In this document: one piece after another, positions 1 through 13,406 of the stretch | Layout of the letters: each line of letters starts with the position of its first letter | How positions within the stretch are numbered: position 1 is the first letter of the stretch | Assembly (NCBI GenBank): GCA_027604505.1 | Contig: JADIIX010000075.1 | Span: 62,001-108,044 of the forward strand | Reading direction: 5' to 3' | Length of the DNA stretch: 46,044 bases | Source: Gonapodya sp. JEL0774 | Taxonomy: Eukaryota | Notes under the pieces: generated by a model | Told to the model about the DNA's origin: nothing | What the model saw: only the letters and a program-made list of their open reading frames with translations | The model's database searches: none | Made by a program: the position numbers and the translations under genes

Positions 1-474
1 TTTGCGGAGGCGAAAGATGAAAAGAATTTAATCAAGCTTCCATATTATTGTTGTTGCACCGTCCATCGGTAAATAAACAGCCGACAAAAATCGCCCCAGA
101 CCGGCGGAGGTGTTGTTGCATAAAGCCAATTAAATTGTAAGAACACAATTGCCTCACAAAGATACACGTACAAGCACAAAGCATCTATGAAACATCAAGT
201 CTTATGCCTGTCCATACTTCACGGGGCCTTTCACGATGTACGAAACACAATGCTCACTAAAGAAGAACGAACCGAAGAGAATTGAGCTCGATTGAGTTCT
301 GAGGCTTAATTCAACCACCTCTTTGGGATATTTTCCAGGACAAGCCTGTGCTTGAGGTGATGTTTGGTTGGGATACGCCGGCGCCGGCTTTCACTGTCAT
401 CTTCGCAGTTGATCGCCGTCTTCGCAAATATACACACATTTGAGGGATCTTTGATTTGACCAAACAGATGAATC

Positions 475-1833
475 ATGGACTCCAACAGAGTCGATGCAAT
501 TTTCGCTGTTCTGGAAAGGGCACGGGAACGATGGCGGGAGCAAATGAGAGAGGTTCGTTTCTGGATGTAGAATGCAGTTCCGGACAAAGGCTTTAAGTCC
601 GAAATCAAACCTGTTCCGGGGCTTTCACGAAACAGCAAATAGCAGAGCATCATGCAAAAAGCGTAGCGAAACTGGCCAAGCTGGAGCGACGACGATGCCG
701 ACGAGCTGGAAATGGAGCCATCGTTCACGATCCCACACAGACGCTCGCCCCAAACCCCACCATCCAGGCCTCTCCAGCACGCCATGATGGCTCTCCAGAT
801 CGCTCGCTTCGGGGGCTGGCGTTTGATCGGACTGAATCATCCCTGTCGACGGTACCACTCCACCCCACCACCCGTCCACCAGCTATACCAACCGTCATCA
901 ACCACACCGCAGCCTACAAAGTGATCGAAGCAGCTTACATCAAGCACCGGCGACGCAAAAAACCAACTCGAAAACCCCCATGGACTCCTCCACTCCATTG
1001 TGTTCCCAAAACCAACTCGATGGTGTTTGGCGGTGCCGATCGCGTTGCTCAGAGGGCCGCTGAGCAAGAAAGGACTAGAACCGAAAATATTGATCACGCC
1101 ACATTTTTGAGATCGTTGAGACGAGTAAGACCGTCCAAGGCTCTAGAAGAGGCCAGAGTTGCTGCGGGTGCGGGTTTGTCAGGGGAGCTCCAGGCTGTGA
1201 AGGTGAATTTGCAGCGCAGCTTTGCCTCTTGTAATCATGATTCCCAGTGTCTTTCACAAACTGGGACTTGCGACCGCTTGCCCTTTGAACTTACAGATCC
1301 GCACCGCCAGTACCGCCCAAATCCTCTCCCGCAACCGTGATATGTGCCGTCGCATGATGGGCTCGGTCGGCATAAGTCTGGATGACGACAATTTTGGTGA
1401 AAACGAAGGCGAGAGTGACGAGGGGTGTTCGGACGATGATGATGAGCGAGAAACTAACGTCACGGAGGTTGAAGAATCGAGGACCCTCATCATCCCGTCC
1501 ACTAGCTGTGAGACGCCCATTGTCCCCTTCAAATCATTCTCATGCTCTCCCGCTTCTCCTCCTCCTCGGACACCACACTGCTCATCTACCCCACCACGCC
1601 CTCCATGTGTCCTTCCACCTCTCCCCACCTCGCCCTCGACTCCTCTGATTCCCAACTCAGCAAGCACGATTGTCACCCACCCTACTCCTATTTCGACCCC
1701 GGCCGCGACGGGGAACCTCAAAGAACACCTCACCTTCACCACAATGCTGTCCTCGGAATCTCCGAAGTTCGTGTTACCCGCTCCGATCGGCATCGCAAGC
1801 AGTCGCTGGCGCGTGGATGCAGCGATAGCGTGA
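475..1833 (+). CDS. Hypothetical protein (3-exon model 475-552, 636-1202, 1297-1833); basic coiled-coil-like middle, acidic and Pro/Ser-rich C-terminus
   Basis: Phase-0 GT..AG introns (GTTCGT 553..CAG 635; GTGAAT 1203..CAG 1296) join a frame open 597-1340 to ORF 1222-1833. No diagnostic motif. Confidence 0.5.
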
Positions 1834-2623
1834 AAGGGCAATGAGAAGTGAGCGTGGCTGGGCGGGGAAGGAGAGACGGCTGGGGACTTAGCAATGTTAG
1901 CAGGAGGTAATGGGATAATTCATGTTGATAAATATGATCGATCATAAGCGCCAAATCTAGACCTTGGGACATCCACCATTGATCGAAGAGGAAACGTTGG
2001 CCGTCTGGATTGGTGCACCCTGGATAGTTCGTATGATCAGGGGTTGGCTGCAATTACCTCAGACCGACGTTGGCCGGCCCTCAAAGGCGGGGATGCCATG
2101 GTACCCACTTCTAAAAAATGGCACGCATTGAAGATTGGCAATGGGTAGGGAACGCATCACATATTTTGTTTCGCACCCAACCTCGTGTATAGTATATGCA
2201 TGTAACGATCTGCAATCACAGCAATCACCTAGTCTATTTATACCATACAGATGCCGGCAAGCGAAGCGAGAGCAACGCGGTTTGGACTACACACTGCAAC
2301 CACAAGAACGACAAAAAAATCTACACAAAGTCTATGTCACACCAAAGGCGAGAAATTCCCCAGTCTAAAACACAAACACACAGACACACACAACAAGACA
2401 AGGACCTTAGCGTCCAACTCACTTTGGGGCAACTCTTGGGTGAGCTTGCGCCCACACTGTGTGACCGCGGGTAACGAGCTGTCACATCTTGACGTTTAGC
2501 ACATTTAGACGCCATGGTGACGCCACCAAACTGAGTTGACATTTTGGAGACTCGTGAGACGTCAAAGTTCGTTTTTCCCACCAGGTTGCCATCACGGTCT
2601 AATGTTTCGAACACGCGCACTTT

Positions 2624-5327
2624 TCAGTATTGGAGGCCATTCACCTCGGTCGCAATTCCAATTTCCTCCTCGATGTTGCTTCTTCCATCTTTCCCCACAA
2701 GAGGTTTGAACCCCTCCACATCAATCCCGGAATCACTTCTTCTCCTCCCGGCTCGCACAGCACCTGCCTCCCCCTCTGGGGGTGGCCTGGGACCGCCGAA
2801 AACAGGAGGAGCCGCCGCCCGCATTGTGGGTGGGGGTGTGGGAGGCGACACTTGTGCCTCGGGAACAGAAAGTGGTTGAGCCGATGTCACAGCGCCAGCT
2901 GTCACAGCGGACCGCATTCTCGACCACCCTTCCGCCACCTCTGAGTCATGTGGAATCGTCTGCTTTCCGGCAGCTTTCCTCTCCTTCCACCATGCCATAT
3001 TCCTCTCCAAACAATTTCTCGGCGCCTCCATTCCGTCCCCACATGCAGGGGTCACAGCCTCGACCAGCGGCGCGCAGAACATGCCGGCGAATCCAACCTG
3101 ACAATCCGCCACCGTGGGTTTGGTTCGATCGCAGTGCATCGACAGCGGTTTCTCGTCACCCCAGAGGGAACGTTCAGCGTCCCCTTGGTTCCAAAACTCT
3201 GTTTGCACCATACTAGCCCAACGTGCAGCAAGAGGTAACGGCTTCGCGGGATTGCCGACGTCTGCAAGCTTAATCACAGATTTTAGAAGGAGGACAGTAT
3301 CTTCTGATTGCTGCCACCATGGCCAGATCGGTGTTGCTGTGAGGGAGGTCGAAACCTTGTCATCCGATGTTAGCGCCATCGCCGTCTTGACGCTCTCGGT
3401 GACTTGCGCCATCAACTTTGCGTGGAGAGCCAAGTCCGTTGCAAGCACCAAATCCAAGAACAGCTCCTGCAATGAGGCGAGTTGAGCGGCGGGGAGGTGA
3501 GACAGGAACTGTAAGTGAAATGTCCGTCGATGATGGAGTGAAGAAAAGAACAAAAGACCAATAAACATAAGTTCGGTGCAAATGACAAAACAAGAGCCAT
3601 GCAGTCTCACTCACATCACCACCACTCTGTTCCAGCAACTTCCAGCTCCTATGGGCATGGTGTCGCTCCAGCGGGCTCCCTCCCCCCTGTTCCACAAATT
3701 GGCGGATCCGCGTGTCGGAGGACCGAATGAGGAAAGCTGCGGTGCACCCGGGGTGGTCGTAGTCATGGCAAATGGCGGAGAGAAAGAGGGTGAGGAGGTG
3801 GAAGGGGGTGAAAGGCAGTGCGGTATCCGTGGGGGTGGGGCTGGAGTGAGGAAGCTGGGCGGCGGTTTGTGCGGGTGCAGCAGTGACTACAGAAGGTGCG
3901 GAAGAGATAGGCGGCTCAGGAACGGGCGATCTGTTCGTGTTCCTTTGACCTGACGGAGATAAACCAACGTTGGCAAGGACGAAAGGTGGCCTGCTGCCTC
4001 CTGAAGCTGAGGAGAGAGAGGGGGAGGAGGACGGCACCGCGAGTGACGATGCGGTTTGTTTCCGTCGCGCAGAGGAGGCTGAATCGGAATTTTGGAAAGG
4101 AGAATGGTCAGAGGACGGTGCTGGAGAGGGGAGGCAGCATGATTCAAACTGTTGGGTGGAGTGATGGTGAGAGTGATGGTGGGAATGGGAGTAGCTAGAA
4201 TGAGTGTGTGGCGTGGAAATGGGAGCATATGATTGAGCAGGGACTCGAGTCGGGTTTACAGGCAGAGATAAAGTGGATTGTTCAGCAAACGCAGCAGGAG
4301 GAGCTACGAAAACAAGAATAGTGGGAGCTTTAACCAAATGAACCGACAAAACATAAAAGCCGCAGAGCAAGATTTGTGTGCCAAATGCAGAGTTGTTCGC
4401 AAGTAACGCCTGTTGGCCCATTATGCTTCCGGTTTCTACATTCCACGTTCCCTCACACCGCCAAATCACAGGCTCTCGCTTATTCAACATTCTGCGAGTA
4501 TGCAGATACAACTATCGCGGGGACAGGGCGAGAAAATAATCTGGCCACACGCACGCAAAGCAGAGTGTCGTTCACAATCCAGCGTTACTGATCAACTCAC
4601 CATTCGCTGGTTGTATTTGATGCTTGAACCAGTTCTCCGACGCCTTTGATGCAATGAAGTCGCAATTGTGCAGAACGTCTGCAGCGTGGAGATGATTGTG
4701 ATAAGGGTTCTCCCCGTAGCCCCGCTCGACGCGATCCAAAAACAAGGCGAACTTTGCAATTGGGATATCAAACGCTGCGAACAAGTCGTGTTTGAGGAAT
4801 ACGTGCATGGCTAGTGCGGAGAGGGCGTGGTTGTTCGAGATTCGGGCTAGTGCGAAAATGTCGAAGTCCCACGATTGTTCCGAAGCAATTAAAAATCGCG
4901 CCAAATTAGCAGGGCTGCGGTGAGCAAGATGAGGTAGCAGGGCAAGTGAGGCGGAGAGAGTGGTGACGTCAACAGAGGGAGGAGCAAGTAATGATGCGTT
5001 TGACGATGGCCGCGAGTCTGAGAAAGTTCGATGTGTTGAATGCGGGTGATGGTGTTTCGGACTCGGAGCAAGTAGATGCGATCTTGTCTGTTGTTGTGTG
5101 TGTGATGATGGCATGGTGTGGGAAAGTACGGGATTTGGCGTGGAATTGGGCTTCATTCTGCCGCCCATACCACCAATATTGGTCGAGTCGTTCCCCAATG
5201 ACACCGACACCTGGGCGCCCTTGAAATTCTGCGCTCCTTTATGAATATTTTGTCGTTGATGGCTTTGATGGCCGTGCTGCCCCTCTCCAATCGCTCTCGT
5301 ATCAGAGTCCGAGCGAGTCTCAAGCAT
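2624..5327 (-). CDS. Class I (HD-type) 3',5'-cyclic nucleotide phosphodiesterase, multi-exon
   Basis: Motifs WDFDIF, NPYHNHLHAADV, SAICHDYDHPG, LERHH, LVLATDL, IKLADVGNP, EFWNQGD, QVGF across ORFs 4572-5327, 3360-4511 and 2624-3610; intron 3614-3509 (GTGAGT..CAG) is in phase. The 3' end could extend via another exon. Confidence 0.92.
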
Positions 5328-6844
5328 GTTACTTCTCTGTTACTGTTCCGATAACCGATTTATGACAGCTTGCTCTTCTCTTCCTTAAATTTCAAACCGA
5401 CCCGTATGCAGAGTTTTCGAGGCTGATGTCAGGAATGCTACGACTTTCTCTGACCCGGAGAAGATAACACCTTCGGGACGATCGCTTTGAGTTCGTTGAG
5501 CCGTTTCGTCTTCAAATAAAGCGTTCTGTGTCCCGTCTCCGCCGATCAATCAGCTTCCGGTGAGCGTTCGCAAGCTTTTGGTTTGTTTTGAGAGTACAAA
5601 AGTCTAACATGTGGGGAACCCGCTGACTTTGGTGGAAACCCGCCCCTCTCGCTCTCCATGTCAGGACCAACGCCCTCAAATTTGGGTGTAACCTGCAAGG
5701 CGACATATTAACAATGTAGACCCCATTCCCTTCATTTATACAGACTATTGGTCTCCGCAAGATATCTATCTCCGTTCCCGCTCGCCTTTTTTTTTTGCTT
5801 TTACACCATAGTCTTTCACCCTTATAATCGCGTTTTATACGAGCATCGACCAGCAGAAAATGCGACATCACCGGTGACATTCGAGGCTGGAAAGCGCAAG
5901 TGGCGCCTGGGGCACGCTAAAGGACGTTCTCCCTTTGAACTTTTCACTTGCATGTGAGGGAGCCAAATCACTCGCCATCACATGCTGAATTGAATGGCCA
6001 CTACATTGACAGTTTATCCAGCAGCTGGATTAAGTTGTGTGGTCTACAGACACACGCGGAACAATTTCGGAAATCGGAAATGAAGGAGGGTTTTATGTGC
6101 TGGTTGTAATCGGCTTGTAACTTGTGACAGGCGGCCATGCCAGTTCCCACACAACTGATGTGGGATTTGCGATGATTTTCCTAGGATTTTCCATGTATAT
6201 CCTTCCTTTAGCTGGTAAAACTCACCGAGTGATCACATCCTCTACGACCTGCTTCTGTTGTCTCCCAAAGCCAATCTCAAATCCCACGTCAACCCCGTAG
6301 CGAGTACTGTTAGAATTGGCTCCCTACCCTAGTTCCCTATTTCTTTGCGATGTAACTTTTACTGCTGTCCGATTCGGTAACACCCCAGTGACCGACGAGC
6401 TTGGGTATCATAGTATGTAAAAGCTCAAACCGCACAGCTCCGCCTCCCCTAACCACCAATATACCTCAAAGAAGTGCAAGAACGACCAAATTATAAGTCA
6501 AACCGCCCGATCTCCGTCTGGATAAACGGCCGATTTGATTCAAGGGGCACGCGTGCCCTCTCCAACAGAACATGTTGTCTAACGTCTTGTTCATCGTGTG
6601 CGCAACTAACTCAAAAACAATCGCCAAAATTCTTCAGAGACAGTTTGGAGTTGATTATTTTGCGGGAGAGAATTTGGACTTCGGTCATGATCGGAAGCAA
6701 TCCGGTCCGTTTCCGAGCGGAAACCTCGACAGTTGAATTTCGCTCGCTCACACACTTTTGATTCAACGCTAACCCTTTTCTTTTGCTACTTTTCTCTAAT
6801 CAACAGCCTCCCATCGGCTTGTCGTTCCTGTTGTTTCTGCCATT

Positions 6845-8175
6845 ATGTCTGCCTTGCCAGACCCTGTCCCTGCGGAGTTTACACTTTCTCTGGATGACGC
6901 CACGAAACTCACAAAGATTGGACCCGGTAAATTCTCAGGAGAATTCGTGCGGGAGTGGGACCGATGGGACGGTAACGCCCAGGGCGGATACATCAAGGCG
7001 TACATCACGAAAGCGCTCATAACTGCGGCTGGGAACTACCCGCATCCAGTGCAAATCTCAACAGATTATCTAGATGTCGTAAAGGTGATTGTTTGCAGGC
7101 TCTCGGAGCTCCGATTCGAGAGCACTTCTGTTCGTTTTGACGGTTCGGGCATCAAACTCTTCATTCCAGATTGGTGTCCCAACTGTTTTTGAGATTGAGA
7201 TGCTCCGATCCGGAAAACGTTTCGCCTACCTCCGAGGCACCGTTTCTCAACACGGCAAACTCTTAATTGCAACATCTGGCGTGCTTGCATCTGCTATTGT
7301 CGACGTCCAGGATAGAGCCCCCGTTGCGGATATTGGTACCGCATTATTTAGATCAGCGCCTGGAGTGGACGTGATTCCCGAGCCGGAAGATTGCCCTCCA
7401 TTCGATCAATCGGTGCTTATGGGACGGGAGCGAGCTGGAGGGATTAACATCATTGCAGCGTCCCCTCGCCCCCTCATGTTCCACAATCTGTGATTATATT
7501 GCTTCTATTATCCGTCTGCATGGTACTGATGTCCAACGCACAATCTCGCTCGTTCTAGACGACGTAACGTGTCCCCACTCCACCGTGACGATTTCCTCAG
7601 TTGGCGGAACGCCCGTGACGAAAGTGAATCTGCAAATAAACCCTATTCTGGTCCTGGTCGTGCAGATGGTACCGATCGTGAAACATGGGGCTGGGCATGG
7701 CTCGCGTGAGTGTTGAAGAGTGTCTTGCTCCGCTCTCCAGTTGGACCCTTCGCTTAACGTCAGTTTTCTTGAAATTCTTAGCAATGAACGCCCTCAGGAC
7801 GCCCTTTCCTGTGCACTCTGGGCCGACAATTTTCCGCCGCTAACTCTCCAAACCTGGCGTGGGCCCGACCCAAATGCACTTTCCCCAGTACGATCCCCCG
7901 GGTGGACAACACTGAGTCTATCTATACACTGGGTTCGCGCAGTCCCCGAGACGAACGGCGCCTACTTTCTTCTTCGCTCCACACTCGAATCGTGCACTCC
8001 CGCCGGGCGGGCGCTCATCGAAACAACCGTATTTGACCGCCAACGGAGACTGGTGTGCGTTGCCAGGCAGGTAGCTCTGTTGGTGCATAGGGATTGGGAG
8101 AAGTTTCAGAGACGCAACAGCAATGTGGATTTGGAGTTGGGTGAACGAGTACGAAAATTGTCCGCCAAAATGTGA
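6845..8175 (+). CDS. Double hot-dog acyl-CoA thioesterase-like protein (intact copy); exons 6845-7084, 7170-7489, 7559-7623, 7666-7705, 7782-8175
   Basis: W..GNAQGGY, LRSGKRFA, WADNFPP, TTLSLSIHW, VFDRQRRLVCVARQVAL motifs of the thioesterase-like superfamily; four GT-AG introns give one continuous frame. Confidence 0.85.
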
Positions 8176-8570
8176 TCCGAATTGGCGAACAACATTGACT
8201 TACAATGATTGAGAGAACCATTACAACTACAAATTACGCCAGGGTATAGACTTTTATCGTACAATTCATGTTATAGCGATGGGGCCTTGTAGGCCCCTCC
8301 GCGTTCCCCCTCTCTGATCCTCGTTCTCATGGGTTATTGGATATGCAGAGAAGACAAAAATAGTTCTTTCTCGACAAGCAGCGTTGGCGTTGGTTGGGAG
8401 TGATACAATGTGCTTCTACAATTACGTAAGTTACATTCGCCCAACGAATGCATGTACTGTGTGCATGCACTTCTACACATTACTATTTAGTGTACATGGT
8501 ACTCCAAATCTACAAAGTGTCCTTGTCGGCATCTACACAACCCCGCTCTGGTGTACATACAGAAGCAATT

Positions 8571-9648
8571 CTAAGCAAATACATGTCCGAATAGACAGGG
8601 CGCTTGCACCATAAGTTGTCTAATTAGATCAAAGGGTCAGTCAGTTCGGTGTGGTGCTTGTGGGTGTGCAAACCACCTCAAAACGTACACCACGGCTTTA
8701 ACGCCTCTGCAGTTTTCTTGTCCTGCACAATATCTTCGCAGCGCTTCCGGATCCTGTTCATCCAACGGAAGTCCGCAAGTTGCATCAATTCGGCTGGGCT
8801 GAGCTCTGGGTGTTCGCCAGTCTTGGCTTGGTGCTTCGCAAGTTCGAACCACCCTCTGAAGGATCGAGTGAACCCATCATCTAATTCAATGTCCGGGTCG
8901 CCACCAGCACCACCGAGTTGGAATGCCCAGTCCTATACGTAATGCGATGCTGTCACTCGTCTGCGCAGCGCCGGAAAATCATGGTACACTCACCCGCTTG
9001 GCTTGCCAGTTTGGCTCCAATGATTTCCACCACTCGGGGTCAGTGGGAGTGTTGTCTCGTACGTCTACGGCAGAAGGTGTACGTTGGAATACATAGAGTT
9101 TCTTGCAGCTATGCACAAGAGAAGTGTTCGATTAGAACCGGAGCATGGACACAACCGCCGCAAGATGCTTGCCTCTGTCCCAAGTAAGGAATACACTGGA
9201 TTCCAGTCGCACCAGTTCCAATGATTGCGACTCATTTGTCATTGAGGCCCGTCATGTTGTAATCGCCGTTCGCACTGTACGTCGATTGAATGAGATAATG
9301 CATGCACATTGTGGTGCGCACAGCATTTACACTCACTTGCCACCTGTGTAGCTGTAATCCCATCGTGTGGTGTGGAACTCCTTACCCTTGAAGGTCTCAA
9401 TACCCTCCACGTCGGGCAAATGTGGGTGGCTTCAACCAGATTTGAGGTGCCTTATCGGGTCACAAACATTGATGAGCGTCAACACTCATTTAATAGGTCC
9501 GCCGCATGTACCCAGGTACTTGGTAGTTATTTTGTCGTTGTGCTCTGTGGTGCAGCGCCAAACTTTTGTCATCATCATCCCACGCGAACTCCTTCAACGC
9601 TGTCGAGAAAATGGCGTGGTCATAGAGACCGAAGTGGCGGCCCTGGAT
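8571..9648 (-). pseudogene. Truncated duplicate of the BVMO gene at 15347-18272 (middle exons only)
   Basis: Matches 16320-17389 ([29 protein letters not shown]); 5' exons absent beyond the 9648 breakpoint, 3' exons removed by a 967-bp deletion. Confidence 0.9.
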
Positions 9649-10095
9649 CAACCCAACCTACCACTCAATCATATCTGCCCCCCTCGCCATACCGATCGAT
9701 GATAGTGTAAGGTATCCAACGGATCCGGCGATGAAAATGTCGAGAGAACGTTAGCAGCAGAACGCCGCGTATGAATACGGGAGCGGCGTATGGCCTGGGG
9801 GGTGATGGCGGAAAGGAGGGTAGGGGTTCCGTTCAGGCATGGAAATATGAGCACGTCATCTTACATTTCAGACAGGATAGTAAAGAACCATTGGACTGAA
9901 TGTAGCTCCTTATCAAATATAAGATGACGTGCAAATGATTCATCTTTACTACCCTGTCTGAAATGTGTCAATAGGATGAACCTACCGTGGGGTTAAACGT
10001 GCCAGAAAGGTCAGTGCAAAGTTCTTTTCAATCAGTAACCAGGTTTTTTTTGTGTGTCAACAGATTCATTTATATGTGTGTATAGGTACAGTTGT

Positions 10096-12881
10096 TTATT
10101 TGTAAACAGGTTCGTACGCGATGTCTAACATTGAAACCTCGGGTGGGGAGGGTACGATCCACTTGGGCTTACCCGCATCGCGAGGAGTTTGAATGAAGTG
10201 CGAGTAGATTGGGTACAAAAGCATCTTCTCGAACTCTCGGGGAGAATTGACCGTTGGGAACCACAGACGTGTGGTATAAGACTTGTCCGGTCTATAGGTT
10301 TTATAATATGTGTTAACGGGTCCCATCGTAATCCTGGGCAGAGGAACTCGTTATTATTCTGAAGGATGTTACTCGTGCCGAATTCAAACTCACGGGCGAC
10401 CTTTAACTCTCTCGTCAAGACCCTTTATCCACCACTCGATTGCTTCCCTGCTTGGCTCAATGGACTTTAAGTTTTGAGAAATGGCATGCCGAACGCTGGT
10501 TGACACACAACACAGAACAGCAATTAGTAAAAAGTTCAGGGAAAATGTCTGTCAATGGTCCAACATACATTCTGATCGTAAAATCGACGTGCATCTCTAT
10601 GACTTCGATGAGTGAAACCCTGAGCGAATGAATGTCACCAGTATGCTCCAGCTGACCACTAAGCGGGAACTCACATGGCGAATCCAGTCGGGGATACAGG
10701 TGCGAAAAAGTTAGGGAAACCCTCGAACATTTCACCAAAATAGTTCCTGTATACAGTAATGGTGGATGAGCAACCGTACGCTAAATTACCAGTTGTCGGA
10801 GCTCACCAGTGACCCAGTTGACTCAGGTCAACAGTGGGTGGTCCGTTCGAGTTGGGGGTTATTTTAATGTTCATGGCCGAAGCACCAAAGTCCGCTCCAT
10901 TCCGACCTGTGAAAGGTGTCATACCCCTCTTGTTACCCTCCGCAGCCCAACCAGTTCCGTCTTTGTTGGAAGTGGCGGGCGACGTCATTGTCAGTGCTAG
11001 AGTGACTTCGAACAGAACTCACTCAAAACCTACAGATAATGATATCGAAGTCCCGTTGAGTCTCCGGTGCAGTGGGGTTGGGAACCTAATGTGTATTAGC
11101 GCTAAAGTCAGGTGAAGAACTATTGATGAGAGGGCAGTTGGGGTCTCACAAGATCTCGCGCATTCTGAGCCGCTGTAAGAATTCCTTTCTCGTTGATACG
11201 AACAATGCGGTCTTGAACGACTTCAACATTTGGTTTCACGAGAGATGGGTAGAACTGTGGGGCGACCGGCTTAGTCACAAGTACGGATAACATGCTTTGT
11301 ACACATACCTCGTCATGGAACGTGACCCTCCGACCCCAGGGACGGTAATCTGGCCACAATATATTTCTAAGTCGTTCATCCTTGATATTGTCATAGAGGT
11401 TAGCCTTGGATTCCGCGAGGAAGCTGTTATTTTGCACATTGTTGAGACCAGAATTCACAGCTCCAATCATACATAGTTTACTCACACTTGCTGCTCATCA
11501 GACCCATCCACACATGCCGCATTGATCCAAAGTTTAAAGAATTTCTCCTCATATTCCGCTCGGAATTTTCGCAATTCCTCTGGGTGTGTCCTCCAAAGCT
11601 TCTTCTGCTCCTCCGAGAAAGTGGCGTTTGGCCGGTGCATGACATGGTTCGGTGTTCGATGGAACACGGACAGGTGGGAGGCGAGCGGTTGGAGCTGAGG
11701 GACAAGTTGAACGGCCCTTTCGGAGAGCAATATTGAGTTTGGGAATCACCGCAGTATCGTAAAACAACACTCACGCTGCTGCACATCCGATAAGTGCAAC
11801 CTTCTTTCCTTTAACCAATTCCAGACCGTTCGTAGGCCACCTGGTTAGCAACGGTGTGAAGGTTAATTCGTTTATGATAACAGGCATCAGCCACTGCCGA
11901 ACCTCATGCTGTAAAGAATTGCAACGTCAGATGTTTTCTAATCGTGAGAACAAAATATAGTGTGTACCTATGCCAAGTGAGTCCTTTGAATGTCTTTTCC
12001 TTAGCTCCAGGAATCTCTGGCATTCCAGGAGCACCTGTGGTTTTCTGAGTGTTGTAGAGGAATTCACATTCAAAGCTATCCTCCTGTAGAGCCTCTAGTT
12101 GAGCGGAATAGACACTAAGAGGATCTGAGAGAACCGCCCATTCTGGAAGATCGAGTCCATCCGCGTTTTTTTGTTCTTTGGTAACAGGTGGCAACTTCGA
12201 TAGGTCTTTGTAGTAGACTTTCCAGACACCCTTCTCGTCGTCCCAAACTCCCCGAGTGGCAACGCAGTTCATACGGTAGTGTTTCCTGACATCAAAGCGA
12301 TCGGCAACGTCAACGATGTACTTGAGAAGTTCGTCGCGACCAGGGTAAGGAACGCTCCAGTTCGGGTTCAAGGCAAACGAAAACTAAAACAGAACAATGT
12401 AGTTGGCGACAAGACACTCTGACGCTATATTACTCAAGTCAGGGCACTTACCGAATAAAGATGGGCTGGAATGTCACATGACAATCCCGGGTAAGAGTTT
12501 TCGACTAGAGGAACTCTCGGTGAGAAGACGCGTAACCCCAACCTGTTGGTAAGAGAACGCCAGTACTCACACCATGTTCCTCCGAATTCTAAATACATCA
12601 GGATTAGATATGCAGTCAAGTGGGATGTAGTCAGTTGAGATTCAAAGGAATGTGAGACTCATCAAGATTTACTCACCAGGGTACCGTTCGATCGCGATGA
12701 GATTCTTTGAACCGAGCTTCTCACGTAGAAAGAGGGTGGCTACAATACCCGTAATACCACCTCCGACTAAAGTTAAGAGAGTATTTAGAGAGAATTCTCG
12801 TTCAACTGCTGCTCCCTACACTCGAAGGCGACAGGACTTACCGATGCCAATCCGAGGCTCGACGCGACTATCCGATGACAT
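10096..12881 (-). CDS. Baeyer-Villiger-type flavin monooxygenase (BVMO-2), many small exons
   Basis: Spliced: IVGGGITG (FAD), EFGGTWFENSYPGLSCDIPAHLYSFSF, fingerprint FKGLTWHSMRWP, VALIGCAAAAVQ, VFHRTP; ends ...AYEPVYK* at 10096. Confidence 0.9.
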
Positions 12882-13406
12882 GATGACAGTAGTTGTAAGT
12901 GAGAATTCGAGCCCGAACTGTGATTACCAGCAACGAGATTGCTCACTTCGAAATGGTTTGGTGTTTTAATTCGATGAGGGAGCGGCAGAACGGAAGCGCA
13001 TAAGCAGTGCATAAGCGAGGCGCCAGAACTATCTTCTTCCGGGGTTGGGTGTGATTAGAAAAGCGGGGGGTTAGGGGGTCGGGGGAAGAGAATTTCTTGG
13101 GTCGGGGTAAAGGATTCTCCTGTCACCCATGGGGAGCGGAGAGACCAACAGCTCCCTCTCCCACCTATACCGAATGCCGGGCGAATCACTATACCCGTCA
13201 AACGTACCTATGTTCACGATAGTCCGTGTCGTTTTATATCCCTATCCATTGGAGTGTAGCTGCTAGGACGTGCGAGGATTGGAAACCTCGACAGTTGAGT
13301 TTCGCTCGCTCACACACTTTTGATTCAACGCCAACCCTTTGCTTTTGCTACTTTTCTCTAATCAGCAGTCTCCCATCTGCTTGTCGTTCCTGTTGTATGT
13401 GATATT

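Larger units (their letters stand above)
6719..9648 (+). repeat. Segmental duplication copy 1 (direct repeat of 13281-17389)
   Basis: Near-identity begins at GGAAACCTCGACAGTTGA (6719 vs 13281) and ends at CCCTGGAT (9648 vs 17389); copy 1 lacks the equivalent of 15353-16319. Confidence 0.95.

Noticed and set aside
5512..6761. Short ORFs between the PDE and thioesterase genes
   Set aside because: Divergent promoter region; translations show no protein-like features.
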